Source: an uncultured virus (IMG/VR IMGVR_UViG_2061766007_003336) (Duplodnaviria; Heunggongvirae; Uroviricota; Caudoviricetes). From it: DNA of 64,000 nucleotides. Under the pieces are notes generated by a model. The model saw nothing but the letters and a program-made list of their open reading frames with translations, ran no database searches and had not been told where the DNA came from. Position 1 is the first letter of the stretch. Each line of letters starts with the position of its first letter. The translations under genes and the position numbers were made by a program. This document shows, piece after piece, positions 38,895 through 50,900 of this stretch. Location of the stretch: the IMG/VR virus record IMGVR_UViG_2061766007_003336; one strand, written 5' to 3'.

Positions 38895-41800
38895 TCACGA
38901 TGTAATATGCTTGTACAGCTGCCTGCTCAGGTCTTTGGCCGCCGGGTCCCCCATTATCTGATTGGCTACCTGAATAAAAGTCCGGACAAGCTTCTGGGAA
39001 TCATACTCGACATCCTGAACCTGATCCTTTGCCTGACCTGCAAGGTCCTGTATCCAGTTAAACAAGTTGGTTTGTTTGGCCGCAGGGTCTGACATCGCCA
39101 TAATCGACTTAAGTCTTGCACCCTTGGTGTCACCGAACGTATCACTGATGGCTGCGATCTCCTCGTCCGTAAGATAAACGTCGGCACTGCCTTTGCCTGC
39201 CGCGTCGGTCAGCTTTCCTATTGCCTGATGGGCGCTGGCCTTGGCCTGCGGAGTAGTATCCATATTACTGCTGATCGCCAGCTTGATTTCCTCCATGACT
39301 CTGCCGACATTCAGCGTGCGGTCCTTCATGGCAGATGTCTGGATGATAAACTGGCTCAGCTCTCTGTCCTGCGACTGCTCGAGAACGGTACGCATCGACG
39401 ACATCGTCGATCCTTCCCAGGTCCATTCGGCGACGTCGTCGGATATCGCCTGGATTTCCTGCATGATGTCCTTGTCGAGCCGTGACGGGTTATTGCCTTT
39501 GGTTCTCAGGAAACTGCCTACATTGCTGCGCTCGTCGTTGATCGTGTAAACAATAGTGGCATAGATCTTTCTTACGGTCTCATAAGTCATGCTGGAATGT
39601 AACTTGCCTGACCGGCTGAGACTGTCGTATGCCCTCCTGGACAGGAAGTTGATCAAAGAGTTGCACATTGCATCTGACAACGGCTCGGATTTACCGTCCT
39701 TCCGCTGTCTCCTGCCAGGATCCTCTCTGTCTGCTTCGTGTATAAGATTACTATAGTTCTGAAGCACCTGCTGCAGGAGATCCTGAAGTCTTCCCAGTTT
39801 GGTTTCCCTGCTGAAATCCATACCGAACGACGCTACCAGCATCCTCAGCCACAGGATCAGGTGCCTGATTTCCGACCCTAGTGCCGTAACGCTCGTATCG
39901 GCAAGACCCAGCGTCTGACTGACTGCTTCGAAGTCAATAGCTGATCCTGTCATCGTCTCGAGGTAGTTGATTCCGCGGTCAACACCCTCGATGAGCGTAG
40001 GCATCCCGATCGTGGAGATTGCCAGATCAGCGGCAAATACTGCAGCTGCACCTATTCTGCCGCCCGGGATCGGAGCGAACATCATGGCAGTACCAAGTGC
40101 GATACCTGCTGCCTCCATTTCATTTTCATGTTCTTTCATCCACTGGGCGGTGTCTCTCAGGGCCTGACTGCCCCCTCTGAACCTGTTAGGATCTATTCCG
40201 GCTACAGTCAGACTGCCCATAAGCTGCTGGCGCATGATCTGCTCGTCAGTCAGGTGGGCTGTGGAAAGACCGCTTTCATTAGCAACCATCTGAATGACTT
40301 TGGCAACAGGATTCTCATAGTCCAGACTCGGGAAGATCTCGGTCATGGCCTGCTCAGCGGTCAGTCCTGCAATGTACGCCTTCATCTGGTCTTCCATGCC
40401 CATCGTAATACCCTCGTTGACCAGATCATTAGTACCCTGAATAAGAATATTCTGAATATCTTTAATTTCAGGCTTGTAATTGCCGTTAGCCATCCTGTCA
40501 ATGACCTTCAGGGCCGCTCTGCCTGCTGTGGCGGTGCTTGCTGCACGCACCATGAGACTTGCTACGGAAGAGCTGCCAAGTGTATCATCAGCCATATATG
40601 AAGTTCCGGAGTTATAATCCCTGGTCTCGGCCTGCGCCAGCCCGGCGGTATTATAAGTCTCGCTGCTGCCTGAGAAGTCAAATCCCATCTTTACGTCCCG
40701 CATGAACCGTTTGGCTTCTGTAGTCAGGTAAGGAACGCGCAACTGTGTATTCCACATAAAGTCATAAGAGAAATCCATCTCGTCAGCCGTGTACGGCTGG
40801 CTGTCCACCCTTATAAACGGAAGACTGCGGCGCTCCGGACTGAGACGTCCGGCAAACATACCGGACTGCATTGTGTCCTGAAGATCCCTTGCTCTTCTCC
40901 CCTTAGCTGCTTCAACTTCTTTGTACGCCGAGACAGCATCTGCATTACCCTGAGCCAGAACGAGCAGTGCCTCATCTCTTGTCATACCGAAGTCGTCCAT
41001 GTTACGCTCAAGCTGATGCTCAATGTCAAGCTCGGCCATCGGGCCCATGACACGTTTCTGGGACGTACGCATACGCTTCGGCAGATCAAGGTAGAACTCG
41101 ACTGCCCCCTGATCAAGGGACTTGTCTATCAGACGCTCGGCTCCGCCGAGAACATCGTCACCGCCTCCTGCCGCCAGCAGCATTCCCTGGGCTCCGGCAG
41201 CTCTGGATGCCATTATCTGAGTGTACACCGACGCTGCCGTATTGAGATTGCCGGTGGTGTAGTACTCGCCGGTGCCGTATCTCGCCAGCAGTCCCTGCAT
41301 TCTGGCGTCCCATGCTCCGGCATTCATCGCAGCCATAGAGTCAGGCCCGAACATCATGCCGTAACGCTGCGCCGATGCCTGAGCTTCCGCCATCGACGTA
41401 GCAGGACTGTACATATCACCTAGGATTTCGTACGTGTTGTGTCTTACTTCGCGCAGTCCCCGGCGGAAGTCGCCCTCACCAATCCTGGTTAAGGTTCCCG
41501 CATAGGACACAATCTCGTTGAGATCGGTTGTCTTGAGGATACCTGACAGTTTCTGGAAAATCTCGTTCGCCTGGTCAAGTGCGGAAAGTATTTCAATCCC
41601 TTTGCCGGTATGCAGATCTGCAGTAACGGCGTGCATCTGGCGCATTTTGCTGATTACTGATGCCGCCTGGTCAAGTGCCATGCCGTAGGATTCAGCGAAA
41701 TTGGACAATCCCGGAAGAGCTATCGCCTCAAATTCGGCTCTGTCCATAAGACGTCTCGGCAGGCCGAGTGCTTCAGAGACTTTGGCGTTAAGAGCCGCCT

Positions 41801-42440
41801 TCTGTGTCTCCTCCATCATATTGCGTTCCTGCTCTACCAGAGACCTGACGTCTTCGGCGCTGCCCTTCTCGGCTACACGTTTCATCTCCTGATACCATGC
41901 TATTTCCCTGTCAGCAGAGTTGGCGTCACGTCCTCTCATATATTCAGGGATCAGCGTGGGATCTGTAAAATAGCCTGCGGCAGCTGCATCTCTGCCGTAA
42001 CCGAAATCGTACCTGAAGCGGTCAACTTCACTGTGAAGGTTGAACGTTTCGGCAAACTCGGGCGACATCGTTTCCCGCGTCGCAGGAGGACGGTAGTCGG
42101 GACTGTACATTGTAAGCCGGCTGTTGATGTCCATCAGCTGCTGCGCTACGATCTGGCTCTGCTGCATCGCAGCGGTATCCTGATTAACGGTAGTCTGCTG
42201 CAGGCCGGCATACATATTCTGAGCGATCTTGGAATACTCGGTCATCGCCTGCCTGGTCGACATATTGCTTGAAGCAAGCTCCCTGATGACATTATCGAGT
42301 TTTACGCCCAGGTCCAGCTGACTCTGCTGCTGCTGCATTTTAGTCAGGGTATAGTCCAGATTACCAAGGGTCTCCTGGAGCAGCAGATTGGTTCGCTGGG
42401 TTTCGAGCTCCAGCTGGTTGGGTCTTCCTCCTTCAGGCAT
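38895..42440 (-). CDS. Tape-measure-like / ejection protein
   Basis: 1181 aa, Ala/Met/Gln-rich helical, one hydrophobic stretch (AAGIALGTAMMFAPIPGG...). Confidence 0.55.
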   Translation of the reverse strand: MPEGGRPNQLELETQRTNLLLQETLGNLDYTLTKMQQQQSQLDLGVKLDNVIRELASSNMSTRQAMTEYSKIAQNMYAGLQQTTVNQDTAAMQQSQIVAQQLMDINSRLTMYSPDYRPPATRETMSPEFAETFNLHSEVDRFRYDFGYGRDAAAAGYFTDPTLIPEYMRGRDANSADREIAWYQEMKRVAEKGSAEDVRSLVEQERNMMEETQKAALNAKVSEALGLPRRLMDRAEFEAIALPGLSNFAESYGMALDQAASVISKMRQMHAVTADLHTGKGIEILSALDQANEIFQKLSGILKTTDLNEIVSYAGTLTRIGEGDFRRGLREVRHNTYEILGDMYSPATSMAEAQASAQRYGMMFGPDSMAAMNAGAWDARMQGLLARYGTGEYYTTGNLNTAASVYTQIMASRAAGAQGMLLAAGGGDDVLGGAERLIDKSLDQGAVEFYLDLPKRMRTSQKRVMGPMAELDIEHQLERNMDDFGMTRDEALLVLAQGNADAVSAYKEVEAAKGRRARDLQDTMQSGMFAGRLSPERRSLPFIRVDSQPYTADEMDFSYDFMWNTQLRVPYLTTEAKRFMRDVKMGFDFSGSSETYNTAGLAQAETRDYNSGTSYMADDTLGSSSVASLMVRAASTATAGRAALKVIDRMANGNYKPEIKDIQNILIQGTNDLVNEGITMGMEDQMKAYIAGLTAEQAMTEIFPSLDYENPVAKVIQMVANESGLSTAHLTDEQIMRQQLMGSLTVAGIDPNRFRGGSQALRDTAQWMKEHENEMEAAGIALGTAMMFAPIPGGRIGAAAVFAADLAISTIGMPTLIEGVDRGINYLETMTGSAIDFEAVSQTLGLADTSVTALGSEIRHLILWLRMLVASFGMDFSRETKLGRLQDLLQQVLQNYSNLIHEADREDPGRRQRKDGKSEPLSDAMCNSLINFLSRRAYDSLSRSGKLHSSMTYETVRKIYATIVYTINDERSNVGSFLRTKGNNPSRLDKDIMQEIQAISDDVAEWTWEGSTMSSMRTVLEQSQDRELSQFIIQTSAMKDRTLNVGRVMEEIKLAISSNMDTTPQAKASAHQAIGKLTDAAGKGSADVYLTDEEIAAISDTFGDTKGARLKSIMAMSDPAAKQTNLFNWIQDLAGQAKDQVQDVEYDSQKLVRTFIQVANQIMGDPAAKDLSRQLYKHITS

Positions 42441-42456
42441 ATCCGCCTCCTAAAAA

Positions 42457-43272
42457 TTAGAAACTGTCCGCAGCCGCTACAGATTTATATTTCTTGTTAG
42501 GCTCCCAGAAGCTTCCCTTGAGCCCTGAATATATTTTGTGATCCGGATCGGCAAGGTCCATTACGGCGTTTGCCGGACTCGGTATTCCGGCTATGCCGAG
42601 GCCAATACCGGTAAGCGAATATGCTCCGGTCGGATCGAGTATTCTGCCTGCAGTAGTGTTCGTCAGGAAGTTGGCGACCTTTCCTGCCTTGCCGCCTTTT
42701 TTGACCAGGTGGCCCATTACTCCCTTATGCAGCTTGTTATACGCTCCGAGACCTACGTGACCTGCCGCACCCGCCAGCCACATTTTCGGATTGCGCAGCT
42801 GGTTTGCGAACGTCTTAAGGATACCGTCCCTGCGTCTTCCCTCTTCATCAGCGAATGCTCCCATACCTGCGCCCATAGCTGTCCACCCTAGCGTGCCTTT
42901 GATGAAATTTTTCGCCAGACTCAAGGGCCCTGCGGTCTTGTCATACATGGAGAATAGCGGAAGATCATATGCGGAGAGTTTGGGGAGAATGTTCTTCATG
43001 CTGCCGCGTTTACGCCATGCGCGTTTTGCAGCACCTTTGGCGCCGAGACCAAGGCTTGCGCCTATCAGCCAGGTGCCGGGGTTCTGCAGTCTGTCCTTAA
43101 ATACATCTTCAAATCCGTGGATATCAGTATGGCTTGTATCTAGAGCTGTGCCGAGTGCGGCTGTAGCGGCAGATCCTGCAGCTATCGGGAGGGCAACAGG
43201 CAGTACTTTTTTTCCTGCAGCCCAGGCTGCGTCGAGAAGTTTTCCGCCTATGCCTGAAGTCTTATCTAAAAC
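42457..43272 (-). CDS. Gly/Ala-rich membrane-type protein, likely reached by a -1 frameshift from 43266-43775
   Basis: The frame of 42457-42999 stays open ~90 codons upstream to the A10 run, with no start codon; the extension repeats the F...L.NP..WL.GA motif. Confidence 0.6.
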   Translation of the reverse strand, partial: VLDKTSGIGGKLLDAAWAAGKKVLPVALPIAAGSAATAALGTALDTSHTDIHGFEDVFKDRLQNPGTWLIGASLGLGAKGAAKRAWRKRGSMKNILPKLSAYDLPLFSMYDKTAGPLSLAKNFIKGTLGWTAMGAGMGAFADEEGRRRDGILKTFANQLRNPKMWLAGAAGHVGLGAYNKLHKGVMGHLVKKGGKAGKVANFLTNTTAGRILDPTGAYSLTGIGLGIAGIPSPANAVMDLADPDHKIYSGLKGSFWEPNKKYKSVAAADSF

Positions 43273-43775
43273 TTTTTTTTTTCGAGACTGTCCAGATACT
43301 CAGCGATAGCATAGATGTCACCGATGCAGCTGACTTTATCGTCACCAACCGGTCTCCTTGCAGGTTTTTTGCCTTGGTTTACAAACCCTCCGAATGAAGA
43401 TTTGATCTGGTCGGGGCTTATAGTGCTGGGTTCTTTTCTTTTGCCGACGGAGTCCTTACTCATTATCGGATCCCCTGATGCAGTGTTCATTATCGGATCC
43501 CCGGCAGCTTTTTTCACACTGCTTGAGCCGCAGCCCGCCTGCTTGACACCTTTCGACCCGCAGCCGCCGACTTTATCTCTCGCCTGAGCCGGATCAGTGG
43601 TCTTTTTCGCTGTCTGAGGGTTAGTGATAGATTTAATGGCGTCGCTGACTTTCTGGCTTCTGGTTTTGCCCATCTCTTTAATCAGAGTGTGCTGATCCGC
43701 CATAGCCGCGATTTTATCCATGGTCTCCCTGAGAGCACCTTTCGTGCTGTCGATTGTCATACCGCAATAGTTCAT
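43266..43775 (-). CDS. Lys-rich protein ending at a slippery site
   Basis: Ends GAA AAA AAA AAG TTT TAG; internal repeats GCGS and GDPIM. Confidence 0.7.
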   Translation of the reverse strand: MNYCGMTIDSTKGALRETMDKIAAMADQHTLIKEMGKTRSQKVSDAIKSITNPQTAKKTTDPAQARDKVGGCGSKGVKQAGCGSSSVKKAAGDPIMNTASGDPIMSKDSVGKRKEPSTISPDQIKSSFGGFVNQGKKPARRPVGDDKVSCIGDIYAIAEYLDSLEKKKF

Positions 43776-43809
43776 GTCTCATTCTCCGCAAGATCAAAAA
43801 ACTATACCG

Positions 43810-43838
43810 ATTATAGTGATACGCCTTCCGTGTGTCAA
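43810..43838 (-). promoter_or_regulatory. sigma70-type promoter
   Basis: TTGACA-N17-TATAAT (perfect consensus). Confidence 0.85.
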
Positions 43839-43843
43839 TAGAG

Positions 43844-44209
43844 TCACAAAGACATCAGCCTGAGAACGTCTTTCTCAGTGTGCCCGTCCCAGTGCGGAGC
43901 CTTTTCCAGCTCCCTGCAGTCAAACATATCCCAGTCCTTATCCTCATAATGATAGGTATACGGACCTTCGGGCGTGTCGAGTCCGACTATGAACCAACCG
44001 CCTCCGAAACACCTCTCACCATCCTCGTGTCTACGGGATTTCCAGGCCTTGTCCTTGTGGGACTTTACCAGCGCAGCGAACAGGACCATTCTCTGATGAT
44101 ACAGAGAATTAAAAGTGTGAAATCCGTCGGACAGCTCACCTATGTCGTAGATTCCTGCCAGTCTGCAGATTTCGTTACGCAATTCTTTGCTTCCGTTAAC
44201 CATTTCCAT
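43844..44209 (-). CDS. Conserved phage protein with WDGH motif
   Basis: SDG.HTF..LY.QR..LFA, WKS..H.DG, GWFIVG..TP.G..TYHY, AP.WDGHT. Confidence 0.75.
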   Translation of the reverse strand: MEMVNGSKELRNEICRLAGIYDIGELSDGFHTFNSLYHQRMVLFAALVKSHKDKAWKSRRHEDGERCFGGGWFIVGLDTPEGPYTYHYEDKDWDMFDCRELEKAPHWDGHTEKDVLRLMSL

Positions 44210-44927
44210 CATCTCCTCCTTTGATATGTTTTCCCATCCGGTATGCCAGAAGTGTGGATACCGCACCTACTGCCGGTGTCAGTGCATAAGTCCTCCAGCC
44301 TGTCCCGAGTCTCCGTTTTGCCGCAGCCAGAAATCTTTCAGGCGCACCTGATTTTCTCAGAAAGTTAAGACCTGTGCGGTTGGCAGAGAGTTCCCTCGCT
44401 ATTACCGGAATAGATGAAATAAACGGGGCTGCCGCGGCTCCGGCGAGCACGGCACCCGCAGGTGTTCCCGATGCTATTCCGGCAAAGGCTCCAAGAGCAG
44501 GCGTGCCTGCCAGCATCAGAGCCCTCCCTGCCGTTGTAGACATCAGGCTGCTGCCCTCAGCGATCCTGTGGGTCAGCCTTCCCAGCCGGTCGCCGTATCC
44601 TGGAACAAGATTCATAGCGTGCCCCAGCTCGTGCGCTGCGACGGCAGCTTCAGGATACACGCTGAGTAGCTTGCTGCCATGATTGTAAAAGCTTGCAGCA
44701 GCTTCGGGTGCTGCTTTGACTTTCAGACCCATTGACCGTGCCTTATCTGCCACTCTGCCTGCGAACCCGATGTTCTCCAGGCTGCGTGAAGCCTGAGACG
44801 TATCTCTGTTAAATGCTGAGTTCAGCCTGTCGATTTTGTAGGGGTAGTACAAAAGGGGAAGTACTGCGGCAGCTCCGTACATGTACGCCTTGGGGTTAAG
44901 TTCAGACTCGCGGTCCCACCTGTTCAT
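44196..44927 (-). CDS. Membrane-associated HExxH zinc metallopeptidase-like protein
   Basis: AVAAHELGHA, downstream RELSAN..G, hydrophobic helices. Confidence 0.65.
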   Translation of the reverse strand: MNRWDRESELNPKAYMYGAAAVLPLLYYPYKIDRLNSAFNRDTSQASRSLENIGFAGRVADKARSMGLKVKAAPEAAASFYNHGSKLLSVYPEAAVAAHELGHAMNLVPGYGDRLGRLTHRIAEGSSLMSTTAGRALMLAGTPALGAFAGIASGTPAGAVLAGAAAAPFISSIPVIARELSANRTGLNFLRKSGAPERFLAAAKRRLGTGWRTYALTPAVGAVSTLLAYRMGKHIKGGDDGNG

Positions 44928-44939
44928 AATTTCCCTCCT

Positions 44940-47900
44940 TTAGTACTTAGGTCCGTTTTCCTTGAAAGGTCTGCCTACCAGCCACGGTGTGACCGGTGAT
45001 GTTGATTCTGCAGGGCTGACCTTGCCCTCGGCAACCGCTTCGGTGATTGTGCGTTTGATATACTTCTGCGCCAGGTTGCTGACCCAGTCATCTTCAAGCA
45101 TACCTGAAGTGTAGAAACTCTTTACTACAGGTTTGACTCTTACGCCTTCGGGGAATACGAGTATCGTTTTCGGACCTTCCTTTTTGAAATAGTCATCGAT
45201 ATCAGACTGCGTCAGTCTGGTCCCTGCCGAATATTCCCCGACTTCTTCTGCCAGACTCATGCCGGGGAGCAGCTCCGACGGTTTGACGGGAACACCTTTC
45301 TTCTTCCCAAGGTCGAGCAGCGTATTGTAAGAGATTGTGTCACCAGGAAGATACGAATCGAAAGCGCTCATTACTTCAACGTAATTTACAGCACCTTTCG
45401 CTATGACGGCCAGAGTCCTGTCGTCCACACTGCCTTCCGTTACCAGCTTGAGATCCTCAATCAGAGCATCACGCCCTGCCTTGACTCCCTTAAGTCTCGT
45501 CATATCCGTGTAAGGAAGCACTCCTTCAGTGAGTTTGTCACCGAGTTTGACCTTGTCCCCTACCTTCACGAGAATGTCACTGTCGGGATGAACGCGGTAT
45601 TTTTTACCTGATTCCATGTATATCATAGCGGGTGCACCCTTTCTGATCTCAATCTCGCTTACGGTGTCGTCCCTTTCTGACAGCGTAGCGACGCCTGCTT
45701 TGCTGGAGTCACTGCTGAATACGTTGGTGAGTCTCTCGAGACCGCCGCCGCCTACATCCCTGGTGATGTCACGTCCGCCGTGCTTGGAGTCAAGCGCTTT
45801 CTGTGAAATAGGCTCATTGGCGCCCTGCGCTGCTCTGAGTCCTACGTTGGTTCCTATATCAAGAAATTTCCAGTAGGAATCGGTGCCGTAACATTTCTGG
45901 CAGATACCTTCTTTGGCCGCGCATGTCTTCGGCGACCTTACAAGGATCTTCCTGTGGGGCAGCTTGCTCTGGTTGTCAGAGGTAATTACTGATCCCTTCT
46001 TGATTCCCGGAACCGTTTCCTGGATGACTTTCCCCAGAACTTCGTCAGAGTTCCAGTCAACTTCAACTCCGGCGTCTGTTCCGCAGTCTTCCATCGTGAT
46101 GACCTCCTTCATTACGTTGTAGGTCATCAGCTTCAGCATTGCACCGGGCGTAGCTACGTTGAGGGCTGTGGCGATAGCGTCCTTCTTGACCTTAATGTTC
46201 TGCTGCCAGAAGTCATACATATTGAGACCTTCACCGTACGAACCTTTTGTCAGAACTGCAGTCTGAACGGGCTTATCCGGATCATAGGAAAGAATTGGAC
46301 TTACTACGATACTCGCCAGCTGCATGTCGGAACCTTTAGCGCCTGACTCGACATTAAGTCTCAGGTCTCCGGGATGGTTCCTTGCGGCATCCTTTGCTTC
46401 GTTCTGTGCTGACTGGAGCAGCTGCGCCCTTTTCTTGAGGTCTTTCTCGTTTTCGATAGCTCGGGAGTACTTATTCAGAATTTTGTCCCTCTCCTTCGTC
46501 ATCGGCTTAATGTCCTCGACACCTACCGTGCTTCCTATCTCTGTAGCATACTTCGTTCCGAGATGCTGTATCTTGTCGTAGATCTCAGTGATCCTGTCAG
46601 GGGCATTCCTCGCTGCGGTAGCAAACATCTTCTTTGCCGCCTTCTTGTCGCAGGGAACAGGAACATCAGCTGCTCCTTTAAGGATAGCGTTCATATCGGC
46701 CCTGAACTTTTTCGGATCCTTCTTCGACATCTGGTAAAGACCGAGAATGGTTTCGGAAAGGAACCCTATCGACAATCCGCCTATCTTAACGTCGTTGAAC
46801 ACATTCTTTGACAGAAGCATTTTATCCAGTGATCTTGATACTTTGGCATTCGACGGAACGTGGATCTGGATCGCATCGCCGTCGAAGTCTGCGTTCAAAG
46901 GCTGGGTAGCGGTCAGATTAAGATGAATACTGGTGTCAGGAATGATCTTCGGATGTGCTGCAAGCATACCGAATCTGTGCAGTGTGGGCGCACGGTTATA
47001 CAGCACGTTGGTCTCTGCCGTAACATCCTCAAGCGCCTTCCTTGCCTGAGGCGTATGTTCGAGCATCATCTGCGAAGCTTCAAGCGGCGGTACACCGATC
47101 TGCTTGAGCTTGTTCATCACGTGAGGTTCGAACATCTTCCATGCCATAACCTCGGGAATGCCTATCTCGTCCATTGACAGACTTGCATCCGCAACAATTC
47201 TGGCACGGCCGGACAGATCCTGGTTCTTCTTAACCAGTGTACTCTGTATGTAGCCGTTCTTCGGCGAACCCACACCGCTGAGATAGGGAAGGACTCCCCG
47301 TGAACCTTTCTTTCTAAGCTGAATATTTGCCGTTTCTTCTGTGCCTACCAGCGCACCGACGTTGTTGAGCAGCACTTTCTTGGCGTCCGGAGCGAAAGCG
47401 GTGTCCTTCACACTTTTCAGACCTTCATTGGCCAGCATTATATCCTTGTAGAACAGGTTTACATCAGAGACCTGTACGCCTCCGTCCTGGAGTTTGGTGA
47501 TCGGCCGCATGATTGGCGGCGGCACCGGTATTTCCGTAATAATATAATCACTGAGTTTGTCTCCTCTCTTCTGAGTATTCTTAAGGAACCTGAGCTCCTT
47601 GATCTCGTTATTCGACAGGTCATTCTTCTTTGACTTGGCAGTCAGTTCCTTGACCCTGCCGTCGATGTCGAAAGCATCAAGTTCTTTTTTCATCTGCTTC
47701 GTCGTGCTGTTGGCCTGCCACGATTTCATTTCAGCTTCCGATTTTCCGAGAACGAGTCTCAAATGGCCTTCGACCATCGGAGAAATGATCCCGTCCTCAA
47801 GTTTCAGCTTCGACCAGAGTTTTCCGTTCAGGCCGCCGGTGGTGTTGGGGTCAAACAGCCCTTTCTTCATAGGCTCGAGATCTTTTGAGTTAAGAAGTGC

Positions 47901-50900
47901 AGGTGTCTGTATCTCTCTGTGCTGTGCAAGTCTGTCAGTTATTTTGTCGGTAACCGGCATGATTGATATTGACTCATTGTCCTGTGTAACGTAGCCGCCT
48001 GCTGCTGTCAGCAGACCTTTCGTCTGCTCCCAGGTTCCCGAGGTGGTCTTTGTCGGAACAGGAATGCCCATTTCCATGCCTTTCCAGTACTCATCATTTT
48101 TCTGGGCCTTGATGTTTCCTGCGTCGGTCAGGAACGCTCTGGCATTGTGGGCTACCAGCGCCCCGAACTCTGCAGCACCGATACCTTTGGCACCTTCGTG
48201 ACCGCCCTTTGACGGAGTGCCTGCATACGAGTAACTGGGGCCTACGCCTCTGGCAGAAAGATCCTTGTCGCCCTTAAGCAGTTTCATAAAATATGTGTAA
48301 CCTACAGCGATAGGCCGCTCGATGTTCTTTCCGGTCGTCGGATCGAAGAGGATCTCCTTGTCCTTGATACCGTATTTCTGCATCTCTTTAACAGTGAAGT
48401 CGTTCAGGTTATCAGCCGTCGGGTTTTTCGCTACCGGAACCTTGTAATGTTCCTTTTTCTTTCCGGAAGCTACGATCTTTCCAAGCGCATTTTCGTAGAC
48501 CTGGCCGGGATTGATACGTGTCGTTACTACAATCGACGAATGGATTACGTCAATAGGCTGGCCGCTTTCGTCCCTTATCATCTGATCGTCCGGAATGATC
48601 TTGCCTATCGTTCCCTTGTTGCCGTACATACCGGTAAGCTTGTCACCTACGACAGCCCTGTCTTCGGAAACAACCGTCACTGACACAAATCCTTTTTTCG
48701 ACGCAACATCAACAACTTTTCCGTCAGTGACTGTTTCGTACAGCTGTGAGCCGTCGACCAGGTCAACTACGATCTTATTGCTGATCTTGCCGAGCTGGGC
48801 TATTCTGTCGTCAGGTGTTCTTCTTTCTATGATAAGCATGACCGGTTCGTGATATTTCACGGTCTCGCCTTTCTTGATTACGCCGTTTGCGTCATATTTG
48901 TCAAAGTCAACAAGATTCTGGTACTTGCTGCCGAACATGTTCATAAAGCGCTGCTTGTCCAGAATGAAGTTATCGTTGATCTTGGAACTGAACGTATGGT
49001 AATGCAGCGACGTGAGCTTTTCCGCACAGCTCTCGGAAATAACCACGCTGTCCTCAGAGTTCTCACCGTAGTACGGCATGAACGCCAGCTTCAGGTTCTT
49101 GCCGAGCGCGAGTTTGCCGTCGTCGGTGGTGTAGCCGTCCTGTACAACCATCTGTCCCTTTCTGATCTTGTCTCCCGGCTTGACCAGAGGGGTCTGGTTG
49201 ACACCGGTGTTGGTAGCGAACGGCAGATATTCATGGTACTGAATGACCTGTTTCTTCCCGTTTTCGTCCTTCAGCTCAATCTTTCCGTCACCGACTTTTG
49301 TAACGGTACCGCTGTAGGGAGACTCCATAGGAAGAAGCGATTCAAGATCCTTCCTCATTTTTCTGTATGTTGACACCCCCTTGTCGTCAACCGGCTCTAC
49401 CAGAGGAGTTTCTCCGTACTTCAGGGGAACAGCCTGTGTGACCTGGCGAGCCGTCATAAAACTTCTGTTGCCCTGTGTAGCCTGGGGAAAAGGAACAAGC
49501 TGGTTTACCGTATTGAAAAGGCTGGAAGTTCCGTGCGGGAGCTTGTAGTCGTAATGTTCTCCCTTCTTGAGCTTCTGCATCTTTCCCTTGTACATGACGT
49601 ATCTGTTCTTGTCCGAAGCAACCTCAGGAACAAGTACCTTCTTATCATATGTATCGGCAAGCGGGATATTTTTGACTTCGCCGCCGGGAGTCGAAAGCGG
49701 GAGGTAAATTTCTCCTGATTTGTCGATCTTGACATCGTCGGTCATGTTCAGCTGGATACCTACGTTCATGCCCTGAGCCGAAGCGGTAGGATCGATGATG
49801 CCGAAGTATGAGGAGTGAACGCCTCGTTTAGCACGTGACACCGCGTTCACGTCGGAGATACCTCCCATGCCCAGCGGAGAGATCTTTGTACTCGCAACGT
49901 ACATTCCTATCGGATTGTACTGCGGATCAAGCCTGCTCAGATCGGAAGAGTTGACCAGGCTGACGAGATACTTCGAAAAAATATTATTGAAGATTTTGGA
50001 ATACGCATGTCCTAGTTTGATTTTATGTCTTACGCCGTTCGCGATCTCGTTAGTGACTTTCTGAAGTCTGTCCTTGAAAAGCATGTTCGGCGGATAGAGC
50101 TTCTGGTAGTAAAGGTCGTCGGGGTCAATACCTTCATCCTCCCCTGCATTGACTTCGTAGAACTTCTTAAGGATCTCCTTCATAAAGGCCTTGTCAATCT
50201 TCTTGTGTTCATCGTTGAACAGGTACTTCGTAGTCTTGGGATCGACCGCAGTCTGTTCAAAATATTCCTTACAGCCCTTCCTGAGATCTTCAAGCGGGAT
50301 TGTTCTTACGTCCTCCTGCTTGAACTCATAGAGTTTGCCGTAGAGCTTTCTGAAGTTGTTGATCTGGGTCTGCTGTGCATCTACAGCGTCCCAGTGGTCT
50401 TTGGCAAACTGTTCATCAGTACAGTCAACAAGATCTTTTCTGGTAAAACCAAGACTCTCAAGCATGGGTCTGATTGCAACCGATCCGTTACCGATGTTCA
50501 TTACCACCAGGCCGGAAGCATCATCCATTGATAAATCAAAGTTACGTCCCTTGGCAAGGTTGAAATCCGCTACGGCTCCGCCCTGGCCGCCGTTAGTCGT
50601 ATAGACGTAAACCGACGACTTTCTTCTGGGCTGGTTGATCAGGTTGTATTCTGACCCTGTTACCATAAATGTGTTCCTGCCTTCAAGCAGCTGGGGAAGC
50701 TGGCCTATCTGGAGATGCCTTTCAAGTACTTTTTTTCTTCCTCCGTCATACTCCACTACGTCCCCGTAGACCTTGGTCAGAATACTTTTCTGAAAGGTTA
50801 CAGCCTCCTTGATGGCCATGGTCGAGTCTGCAGAGGAGTCTCTTTTAAACTCCACGTTCTCGAACGTAATATACGGTCCGTCGGCCTTCTTGGTCAACGG

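Noticed and set aside
43266..43268. TAG recoding (alternative genetic code) to explain the short ORF
   Set aside because: In-frame read-through meets another TAG within a few codons; long genes across the window are intact under code 11 and other TAG stops fall at clean gene ends.
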